A stretch of 32,000 nt of DNA from Candidatus Saccharimonadota bacterium (GCA_016700135.1 CP065004.1:420001-452000), one strand, 5' to 3'; counted from the first letter of the stretch, positions 7,896 through 15,180 are shown. Notes: a model not told the origin generated them from the sequence alone. A program made the numbers and translations.

Positions 7896-8767
7896 CAGTA
7901 ACGAATCATAAAATTGCTTTTCCTTCCCCGTTTAAATTTTTTTATATAGGGAGAATATGTTGAGACTTTGATTTCTTTCTTGTTCGGAAAGAACTGAAAA
8001 ATCCGTAAAAACCCGTTTCCGCCTTTTTCGAGATCCTGAAAATTCTGTACGGCTTGATGAACTGCTTCTCCGCACGTATTAGCACTCATTATATAATTCT
8101 CTCCCGTTTGTGTATGAAAATGACCGGAGAGAACTAAACGGATATTGCAGTTTGTCTTGATAAGTTTATGCCAGATATCCTCACCGGCATTACCGAGACC
8201 GCCATAATGAGATATATCGCTCCGGTACGGCAGATCGTCGTAGACAAATGCATGTGTCGCAATTACGGCCATTGTATCACGGTGCCGTTTCAAGATGTTG
8301 TCAGCCCATTGCAGAATCTTATCTGACGGATCAATCTGCAGATGAATAAAAAGGAGAGAGAATGTGTCAACAACAATATGCTGATAACTATTCTGATTCC
8401 CGAGGTATCCTCCTCCGTACCATGATTGTTTTCGGAATTTCTTTATCGGGAAAAAATGATTATAAGTCTGGAAAGAAACTTGTTCATCGTCATAAAAATC
8501 AGCATCATGATTCCCGGGCGCCAAAGCATAAGGAATAACTCCATCAAGCTTGGACAGTTCTGCCGCCATTTTGTGCCATTGTGTCTGATCCGCTGAATTA
8601 TCATCAACGATATCCCCCAAATGCGAAACGAATCGGATGTTTAGTTTCTCCTTTTCCTTCAATATCCAATCCAGTTGTGCTGAAAAAATTTCAGGATATT
8701 TCGACGCATAGAGTTGTGTATCTGACAAAACAATAACGGAATAAAAGGGATTATGCCGAAAAAACAT
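7895..8767 (-). CDS. Calcineurin-like metallophosphoesterase
   Basis: 290 aa with the canonical motif series VLSDTQ, HLGDIVDD, APGNHD, ATHAF and LSGHFH. Confidence 0.8.
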   Translation of the reverse strand: MFFRHNPFYSVIVLSDTQLYASKYPEIFSAQLDWILKEKEKLNIRFVSHLGDIVDDNSADQTQWHKMAAELSKLDGVIPYALAPGNHDADFYDDEQVSFQTYNHFFPIKKFRKQSWYGGGYLGNQNSYQHIVVDTFSLLFIHLQIDPSDKILQWADNILKRHRDTMAVIATHAFVYDDLPYRSDISHYGGLGNAGEDIWHKLIKTNCNIRLVLSGHFHTQTGENYIMSANTCGEAVHQAVQNFQDLEKGGNGFLRIFQFFPNKKEIKVSTYSPYIKKFKRGRKSNFMIRY

Positions 8768-8772
8768 ATGAT

Positions 8773-9759
8773 TTATTGTATCCTGACACCCATCACATAG
8801 GCGGGATCTATCTTTGCGGAAATAATAAACTCATCTCCCGGTGAAACAGATAACTTTTTGTTTGCAGAGGCCTTCAAGACACCCTGCGGAGGAATATTCA
8901 GATTCTGTGCCAGATTCTGAACATGGTTTCTACTGAGTAAATCAATCTTTAACTTAGCACTTCCCAATGTTCCGAAATGCCCATCTTTATTGAATATTCC
9001 TGTATCTTTGGTATCCCCCACTGCCACTTCAACACGAGAAAAGGTGTACTCATGATGCACTACGATATGAAGGCTTTTATCCTTCACGTAATAATTATCT
9101 CCTTTTTCTGACAACAGGAATGACGGTTTTTCGCTAGAGTTAAGGAGAACAGCGTGCGGATACTGACCTTTAAATGAAATACCTCCTCCAAACTGCTCCC
9201 GAGATTTATGCTTCAGATCTGCAAAAGCAGTACCGGGAGAAAAAATTAAGGTTTGTTTAGGAGTCGTATCCTCCGGAAAAAAATCCATATCAAGAGAGTG
9301 TATAACAGAAGTTGCTCCCACTCCTTTTCCGCTATTTATAATGCATATGGCTTGCGGAAGCAGCTTCCCCGAGTAATATGGCCAGTCATGAAGCGCTTCT
9401 ACCTCCGGGTTATCCTCTTCTCGATATTCGGCAAGTTTATCTCCGAACGGTACAGCTGCAAACTGCTTGGTTCCCCAGAACGTCCAAGAATCTGTTTTTT
9501 TATCAAATACAAGAACACGTGAATACGCAGGTTCAGAATCCCAGTTCTTTTGTGCAGGAAGACTGGCTTTTCGATGTGCGAGCGTAATCAAATCAAGAAC
9601 TTTTGTATGAAACATTTCAGGAATAGACACGACTACGGCTTCACCCTGATGGAGGACAGTATTCAGTACACTTGAAAAAGAACATTCCTTTATAACGCTT
9701 ACTGAATGTACTGACTGAATAATCGTCGGATCGCCGGGAATAATCGGCAGCTTATGCAT
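8773..9759 (-). CDS. Hypothetical protein (328 aa) inside the PqqD-to-QueC-like operon; no recognised domain
   Basis: Long ORF with protein-like composition. It overlaps the upstream PqqD-like gene by 8 nt and lies 5 nt from the downstream gene. I recognise no motif. Confidence 0.6.
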   Translation of the reverse strand: MHKLPIIPGDPTIIQSVHSVSVIKECSFSSVLNTVLHQGEAVVVSIPEMFHTKVLDLITLAHRKASLPAQKNWDSEPAYSRVLVFDKKTDSWTFWGTKQFAAVPFGDKLAEYREEDNPEVEALHDWPYYSGKLLPQAICIINSGKGVGATSVIHSLDMDFFPEDTTPKQTLIFSPGTAFADLKHKSREQFGGGISFKGQYPHAVLLNSSEKPSFLLSEKGDNYYVKDKSLHIVVHHEYTFSRVEVAVGDTKDTGIFNKDGHFGTLGSAKLKIDLLSRNHVQNLAQNLNIPPQGVLKASANKKLSVSPGDEFIISAKIDPAYVMGVRIQ

Positions 9760-10045
9760 GAGAAGATTTTGTGGGTTTCTTTTCGATTAGTAATTTTTTC
9801 TTCATAAGTTTGTCTACAAACTCTTTCGTATCTTTCAGGGCTTTCTCCTGATTAATTTCATACTCATCGACCAGATATTTTACAAGATCACTAAAAGTCG
9901 CACCTTTTTTTAGCTGCTTGAAAAGATCAGCAGCCGTTTCGTTGAGGGTATGCAAAATTGAGGTTTCACCGTCGAAGATAAATACCTCCTCATTCACCTG
10001 CTGGACAACGAGGTCTTTTTTGAGTTTATATTTTGATTTCTTCAT
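9752..10045 (-). CDS. PqqD-family protein (RiPP recognition element-like), copy 2
   Basis: 97 aa. VVQQVNEEVFIFDGETSILHTLNETAADLFKQLKKGATFSDLVKYLVDEYEINQEKALKDTKEFVDKLMKKKLL fits the PqqD pattern (beta strands, then LN.t....w, then a 3-helix bundle). Confidence 0.75.
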   Translation of the reverse strand: MKKSKYKLKKDLVVQQVNEEVFIFDGETSILHTLNETAADLFKQLKKGATFSDLVKYLVDEYEINQEKALKDTKEFVDKLMKKKLLIEKKPTKSSHA

Positions 10046-10311
10046 ACGCTCTCAACTATATGTAACTTGACCAGTGACTGGATAAATGTCTTAACCTCCT
10101 TTTTGGCGTTGTTATTTGATATCTCGTACTCCTTCGTTAATGAAGCTATTATTTGCACCAATGTTTTTTTTTCTTTCAGGGACTGAAAAATGATAGAACC
10201 CGTTTCGTTAAACGTATAGAGTTTTGACTCTCCAGCATCAAAAATAATTATTCCTTCCGGAACCTTCTGAACAATAGCTCCCTTTCTGATTTCATATTTC
10301 TTTTCAGCCAT
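10042..10311 (-). CDS. PqqD-family protein (RiPP recognition element-like), copy 1
   Basis: 89 aa. IVQKVPEGIIIFDAGESKLYTFNETGSIIFQSLKEKKTLVQIIASLTKEYEISNNNAKKEVKTFIQSLVKLHIV. Overlaps copy 2 by 4 nt. Confidence 0.75.
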   Translation of the reverse strand: MAEKKYEIRKGAIVQKVPEGIIIFDAGESKLYTFNETGSIIFQSLKEKKTLVQIIASLTKEYEISNNNAKKEVKTFIQSLVKLHIVESV

Positions 10312-10318
10312 ATCGGGT

Positions 10319-10330
10319 ATAGTATACTAT
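10319..10330. promoter_or_regulatory. 12-bp perfect palindrome ATAGTATACTAT in the 26-bp divergent intergenic gap
   Basis: Read directly. It sits between the minus-strand start at 10311 and the plus-strand start at 10338. It contains TATACT/TATAGT -10-like hexamers facing both ways. Confidence 0.3.
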
Positions 10331-10337
10331 TTTTCAC

Positions 10338-11618
10338 ATGTCTGCAAAAAATAATGTAACAATTGATCTAAGAACTACCGATCACATTAAGTCATTCGGC
10401 CACAGCATGTACCCGATTCTTCACAACGGAGATATTATTTATTACAAAAAAACTCCTTATCAAAAAATCAAACTGAATGACATAATCATCTCCCAAAAGA
10501 ACAACCTTTATGTCACCCATAGAGTTATATATAAAACTTCGGATTATATTATTACAAAGGGAGATAATAATTTAGAAATTGACGAGCCGCTCTTGCCTGA
10601 ATCAATCATCGGTGTTGTAAATAAAGTACAACGAGGCAAAGTAACGTTTATCCCTGAAACCTATTACCTCCTCCAGTCTTCAATATATTACCAACATATA
10701 CATTCCGTGATTAAGGAAATGGAGCGCCATACGATCTCCTATGTATTGCTAAAAGGACTCCCTCTGCATCTAAAATATCACCAGGAACACCCGCGAAAAG
10801 GTTTTTTTGATTTTGATATTCTTATTTCTCCCACAGATAGAGACGTACTTATGAAAATACTGAATGATCTCGGTTTTAAAAGACGATATGATTTCCTTTC
10901 ACCAACCCACGAAAGACTTATGAACAAATCTATCGAAGAAACATGTATGAAGAAATTTGAAGGATTTAATATCGCAGTTGATATCCATTATGAAGCTGTA
11001 TTTATGATGACTCAGATCGGAACACTCAACCCTCTATATCATCAGAGCTACATTGACGGATTCACAAAGGAACTTTTTAACAATACCGTCACTTTTCAGG
11101 AACACGATCTTAAATGTCAGTTGCTTACTGATGAGTATCTCTTCGTATATCTCTCTCTACATTTTTTTCATCATAATTTTAAAAGTCTTCATCGACTAAA
11201 CCTAATCGCAGCGCTAATTCAATCAATTCCACGAGCAAAGCGTCACGGATTCTGGAAATCTGTTTTTTCTATCATTCACAAGTATCGTCTGCAAGGATAT
11301 ATTTACGGAACATTTATAAGTTTAGAAAAATACCTTCCGGCAACAAGTATTCCACAATGGTTCTTGAATAAAATACGACCGGGCAAAGCTCAATGTAATT
11401 ATTTAAAAAACTACTTTCTCACAGAGCATATTTATGAAGAATACAACGCTACCCGCGCCGGGATCTTATTATTTACACATCTATATATTCTTTCATATAA
11501 TCCATGGTACAAAAAAATACTCGTTTTTTTACAACCTGCAGTCATTTTCATGATGGTATGGCTTGTATACTATTACGTTACAACAAGATGTAAAAAATTA
11601 CTCCGTACATTTCTATGA
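10338..11618 (+). CDS. Fusion of an S24/S26-type serine peptidase domain and an NTP_transf_5-type nucleotidyltransferase domain, with a C-terminal TM helix
   Basis: N-domain: SFGHSMYPILHNGDIIYY...VTHRVIY...ITKGDNN (signal-peptidase/LexA-like G-x-SM-x-P block). Middle: ISYVLLKGLPLHLKYHQEHPRKGFFDFDILISPTDRDVLMKILNDLGF, matching the 'uncharacterised nucleotidyltransferase' family seen in lasso and sacti clusters. C-terminal: ILVFLQPAVIFMMVWLVYYYV. Confidence 0.65.
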   Translation: MSAKNNVTIDLRTTDHIKSFGHSMYPILHNGDIIYYKKTPYQKIKLNDIIISQKNNLYVTHRVIYKTSDYIITKGDNNLEIDEPLLPESIIGVVNKVQRGKVTFIPETYYLLQSSIYYQHIHSVIKEMERHTISYVLLKGLPLHLKYHQEHPRKGFFDFDILISPTDRDVLMKILNDLGFKRRYDFLSPTHERLMNKSIEETCMKKFEGFNIAVDIHYEAVFMMTQIGTLNPLYHQSYIDGFTKELFNNTVTFQEHDLKCQLLTDEYLFVYLSLHFFHHNFKSLHRLNLIAALIQSIPRAKRHGFWKSVFSIIHKYRLQGYIYGTFISLEKYLPATSIPQWFLNKIRPGKAQCNYLKNYFLTEHIYEEYNATRAGILLFTHLYILSYNPWYKKILVFLQPAVIFMMVWLVYYYVTTRCKKLLRTFL

Positions 11619-12418
11619 AGAACTCCGTAATTATCCTGAATACTGCCGCTATATATATTGCTATCGATTTATCACGAATAGCTGATCCTGATATCTTAAA
11701 AGCGCTCTCGGATCAAATCTCTACGTTCTATAAGATGGAGATTGTTAGGAATTTTAAGAAGAAACCGGATTTCACCATTTACTACGTTGCTGATGAAGAA
11801 TACCGATTTGTAAAACAGCAAATAAGGAAAGGAACCAGTATTAACTACTTCTTGGAAACCTTTAGCATTGGAGAGGACTCGGCAAAAATCCACTATCATG
11901 TAAGTATTGCTCAATTCCAATTCTTCTTAAAATTAATCTTACAATCGATTCTCGGGTCCCGAAAGGGTTTCATACTTCACTCCTCCGGAATCACAGACGA
12001 TCAGCATGCATTTCTGTTTTTAGGTCCGAACGGGATCGGAAAATCTACCATCGTAGATAACCTTTCACAAAAATATCGTCCCTATGCAGACGATATGGTG
12101 ATTGTCAGGAAAATTGAACGGGAGTGGTACGCTTTTCAGCTTCCTTTGGAAAAAAAACGTTATAAAAAGATCCCAGATTCAAAAATGCCGATTCGGGCAT
12201 TATTCTATCTGTCTCAAAGCAAAAAAACCAAATTACAGAAAATCTCTTCTACAGAGGCTAGTAAAAAGCTTCTTGACCAACTCATAAGAAACGGTCTCAC
12301 AAAAAAAAATATAACATATCTTTTTGAATTTTTAGCTTTTGTAGATCACTACATTCTTGAAACTCCGAAGAAGACTGCTATAAAAACTATTGAAGGATTA
12401 GTCAGCTCTTATCAGTAA
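11615..12418 (+). CDS. HPr-kinase-like P-loop kinase (RiPP precursor Ser-kinase type)
   Basis: 267 aa. GFILHSSGITDDQHAFLFLGPNGIGKSTIVDNL...YADDMVIV resembles the HprK C-terminal catalytic domain fold found in lasso-peptide kinases. 4-nt overlap with the upstream gene. Confidence 0.7.
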   Translation: MKNSVIILNTAAIYIAIDLSRIADPDILKALSDQISTFYKMEIVRNFKKKPDFTIYYVADEEYRFVKQQIRKGTSINYFLETFSIGEDSAKIHYHVSIAQFQFFLKLILQSILGSRKGFILHSSGITDDQHAFLFLGPNGIGKSTIVDNLSQKYRPYADDMVIVRKIEREWYAFQLPLEKKRYKKIPDSKMPIRALFYLSQSKKTKLQKISSTEASKKLLDQLIRNGLTKKNITYLFEFLAFVDHYILETPKKTAIKTIEGLVSSYQ

Positions 12419-12833
12419 GACGTTTTTTTAAAGAATCAATCTCTTTCTGCTGATCTTGGACCGCCTGCACAAGAAGTGATATTACGCCGGCATAATCTAC
12501 CCTCAACAGGCCGGATGTTTCAACAACAGACTCCGGGAGAACATCCCGAACATTTTGGGCGATCAGCCCTGCCGACTCCTTTGAAGTCCCTTTCCATGTG
12601 TACGTAACCGGCTCCAACTTCATCACTCGTGAAATTGAGTTCTTGAGAGGCTTCACAGAAACCTTTAACGACTTATCCGAATAAATAATCGGCAGATACA
12701 GGCTGTTGCTTGCGGCATATACCTCATTCATAAGTAAACCCTCAAGTAACGTATCGTCGTGATACCTTGAGAACAGATTTAATTGTATTTCCTCGACAGA
12801 TACCGACGGTGGAATAAATTTCTTTTTTTGCAT
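12402..12833 (-). CDS. 52-aa leader-like N-terminal peptide fused to a Peptidase_S74 (intramolecular chaperone, self-cleaving) domain
   Basis: 143 aa. From S52: SDKSLKVSVKPLKNSISRVMKLEPVTYTWKGTSKESAGLIAQNVRDVLPESVVETSGLLRVDYAGVISLLVQAVQDQQKEIDSLKKRL. This matches the S-D-x-x-x-K start, the G.IAQ.V..v.PE.V block, the VDY block and the terminal coiled coil of the endosialidase/tail-fibre chaperone domain. Only 52 aa precede it. Confidence 0.75.
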   Translation of the reverse strand: MQKKKFIPPSVSVEEIQLNLFSRYHDDTLLEGLLMNEVYAASNSLYLPIIYSDKSLKVSVKPLKNSISRVMKLEPVTYTWKGTSKESAGLIAQNVRDVLPESVVETSGLLRVDYAGVISLLVQAVQDQQKEIDSLKKRLTDKS

Positions 12834-12837
12834 AGCT

Positions 12838-13329
12838 TTAAAGCAGTTCCAAACTGATAGAGCTCGCCGAATTACTTAGAATATTATAATCAAATATTAT
12901 TCGGATTACGGTACCCGCCGTGATCAACTCCTGCATCTTCTCATATGTCGCAGGCTGCTTTTCGTCCTCGGAAGTTAGAATAACAGTTTTATCGATGGTT
13001 GCCTGATCGAAGTAAAACGAAACCTCTTCCTTCACACCAACAACTTTCACGGTCAGTTCTGCTATCTGAGATGAATCATTCTTACTCAAACCCAGTACAG
13101 TCCCCCTGTACACAAGGGAAGCTGATGCGGATTCCAGACCGGCAGTTTCTGCGATATAGACAGCCTGCCTTCCTTTTTGTTCAGGCTTCGGTATAGGCGA
13201 TGCGGTACTGAGTTTGCTGCCTACAGTCCCTGAAGCATTTCCTTTTCTATATAGAATAATTCCTGCTTCCACTACAATCACAATCAATAACAGAACGATC
13301 ACAGCAGGTAAAAAATATATTTTTTTCAT
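12838..13329 (-). CDS. Membrane-anchored protein TM2 (architectural twin of the 2728-3382 protein)
   Basis: 163 aa. TM helix FLPAVIVLLLIVIVVEAGIILY, P/S-rich linker STASPIPKPEQK, then a small beta-rich domain. Its stop is 4 nt before the S74-fusion start. Confidence 0.6.
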   Translation of the reverse strand: MKKIYFLPAVIVLLLIVIVVEAGIILYRKGNASGTVGSKLSTASPIPKPEQKGRQAVYIAETAGLESASASLVYRGTVLGLSKNDSSQIAELTVKVVGVKEEVSFYFDQATIDKTVILTSEDEKQPATYEKMQELITAGTVIRIIFDYNILSNSASSISLELL

Positions 13330-13420
13330 AAAGCAATAAAGAAAATCTGTTTATCTATCTTTATCATGATACATTAAAATAATGCTTCCCGAAAATTAGA
13401 ATAGTTATATATATTAGTTA

Positions 13421-14875
13421 CTACTGATTTCTTACCGATTTTTCATAATAGCAGTCAAGATTGTTCGCATGACACCAAGCTGAAAACCAATCTCTATCTT
13501 CAAACTGCATTTCGGGATAAAGAATCGTATATTCCCGCAGATGCTTCTCAACATATGACCGTGCATCTTCTTCTGAGCGGACAAGCGACATTAATTCAAA
13601 CACCTTTACTACGTAGCCGGTATCCCGGGGGGCGCGATTTAGTGCTGATAGATAGTACTGCAATGCTTTTGAATTATTTCCTATTGACGAATTGAATCTT
13701 CCAAGAAATGACATATCAAAAGGGACATCTCTATAGAGATACGCATACTTGTTAATTAATATCTCCATTTGATTAAATTTCTGATTTCTATATAAATCCG
13801 CAATCTGATAACGATACCCCTTATCATTTATTGGATAGAGCCGTAACGCCAAAGAAGAATTCCCCCGCGCATTTACGTACGAAGATACGAATATTCCTAC
13901 ACCAAATAGAGCAACAAGGAAGGATACTGATTTCAATAGTATCGAACCATGAATAGATGCTTTTTCTTCGTATAAAAGAGCTCCGCAAATAAAAAAGAAT
14001 ACAAACAAAAATGCCATAAGGTGATAATAATTGAATTCAAAGAGGACAAACAATCCAATAAAAACTGAGCCGATTACATTATTAATAACTCGTTTCCTGC
14101 GCATTTGACGGATTACCTTACGAGTCACCACAAATATGATGAGTGCAAACGTCAGAAACGAAACGATCCCATGTTCAGCAGCGATATCGATAAATAAGTT
14201 ATGGCTTGTGCTGACGACATAATCAATGTTTTTAGAATAATAAAGACTGGCGTAGTAAAAATTCCCTCCACCATAGCCTGTTAAAGGGCGTTCTCGAATG
14301 GCTTGCAGTGCTGTCGTAATAAACCCTATTCTTCCGTTATCAAAATCTTTATAGTGAAAAGCTGTTTCGTCACGGATGACAACTGTACGAAGTTGAGAAA
14401 TAACCGGGATTTCTGTTTGGTCTGCAAACGGAATGAGAAGAAATAGGACTGTTACTAGCGCTACTAGCAGTGAAATTTTATAGTTTCTGATGCTCTTGAA
14501 GACAGCATTGTTCGTGAGATAATCGACCATAATAACTACCAACATCCCAAGATACGCTGACCGCAGATAGCTCAGCCACAACAGTATCGATAATAAAAAT
14601 ACTGATACGATAGATGCTGTCGTTCGCCTATGGCGCATATATACGAAGGAAATTATCAGCAATAAGAATACAAATACTCCTTGGGGATAATGTGTTAAAT
14701 CTACTACGCGATAGATAAGCTGATCATCATGAGTTGGTACTATATTAGAAAAGATAGGATGCTCCGTTAATAATAATCCGCTATACAACAAGCTGAGGAG
14801 TGAAGATACCACAATAAACGGGACTACGTATTTCTGTATTTGATTTGCATTGTTGTAAACATAGATAAATATCAA
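13421..14875 (-). CDS. O-antigen-ligase-like (Wzy_C) polytopic membrane protein with a C-terminal TPR-like tail; main part
   Basis: Many TM helices. Wzy_C signature STSHNLFIDIAAEHGIVSFL. C-terminal soluble part ALQYYLSALNRAPRDTGY is TPR-like. The listed start is a TTG inside the homopolymer-affected region. Confidence 0.7.
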   Translation of the reverse strand: MIFIYVYNNANQIQKYVVPFIVVSSLLSLLYSGLLLTEHPIFSNIVPTHDDQLIYRVVDLTHYPQGVFVFLLLIISFVYMRHRRTTASIVSVFLLSILLWLSYLRSAYLGMLVVIMVDYLTNNAVFKSIRNYKISLLVALVTVLFLLIPFADQTEIPVISQLRTVVIRDETAFHYKDFDNGRIGFITTALQAIRERPLTGYGGGNFYYASLYYSKNIDYVVSTSHNLFIDIAAEHGIVSFLTFALIIFVVTRKVIRQMRRKRVINNVIGSVFIGLFVLFEFNYYHLMAFLFVFFFICGALLYEEKASIHGSILLKSVSFLVALFGVGIFVSSYVNARGNSSLALRLYPINDKGYRYQIADLYRNQKFNQMEILINKYAYLYRDVPFDMSFLGRFNSSIGNNSKALQYYLSALNRAPRDTGYVVKVFELMSLVRSEEDARSYVEKHLREYTILYPEMQFEDRDWFSAWCHANNLDCYYEKSVRNQ

Positions 14876-15095
14876 AAAAAAAAGAAACTATATAGAGGAA
14901 ATATTCAAATGCTGTCTGGATATGTACGGCATAAATTGCTGACAACAGTGTTGTAATGATAAAAAGGATCATTAATAATCCCAAGTTATAAAGAATTCGT
15001 ATCTGTACTTTGGATCGGATATACGTACTAAAAAAGCAAAAAGGAGTAATATAAAGAAGTATCATTGTGTTGTTCTCACCAGGAATAATCCCCAC
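14781..15095 (-). CDS. Probable N-terminal TM segment of the same Wzy_C gene, separated by the A10 (T10 on the coding strand) run at 14874-14883
   Basis: The ORF reads ...AFEYFLYIVSFFF then goes out of frame. Removing one T from the T10 run gives ...YIVSFFLIFIYVYNNANQIQKYVV, which is the start of the 13421-14875 ORF. The text is hydrophobic and TM-like. Confidence 0.5.
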   Translation of the reverse strand: MGIIPGENNTMILLYITPFCFFSTYIRSKVQIRILYNLGLLMILFIITTLLSAIYAVHIQTAFEYFLYIVSFFFDIYLCLQQCKSNTEIRSPVYCGIFTPQLVV

Positions 15096-15180
15096 AAATT
15101 GAGAAGATACAGGAGAAACAAAAAAAGATAAAACAAAATGACGCGAAGTTTTGTAATCATTGACTTAAAGTATACAGTGA

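Larger units (their letters stand above)
658..13329. other. RiPP-like biosynthetic gene cluster (YcaO/SagB plus PqqD, HPr-kinase-like, nucleotidyltransferase and PP-loop genes) bounded by two 'membrane protein + self-cleaving fusion protein' modules
   Basis: Contiguous operon-like arrangement with 4-8 nt start/stop overlaps (1935-1938, 7895, 9752-9759, 10042-10045, 11615-11618). Domain content is listed in the individual features. Confidence 0.6.

Noticed and set aside
12402-12833. Prophage tail-fibre gene
   Set aside because: Only 52 residues precede the S74 chaperone domain. There is no fibre or beta-helix part and no phage structural neighbours. A truncated-remnant origin cannot be fully excluded and is listed under how to refute.
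658-13329. Calling the cluster a classical lasso-peptide cluster
   Set aside because: PqqD, HprK-like and NTP_transf_5 genes are lasso-associated. But I see no Asn-synthetase-like cyclase of the usual ~600-aa size and no transglutaminase-like B2 protease. The only PP-loop enzyme is 293 aa with a QueC-type Cys cluster.
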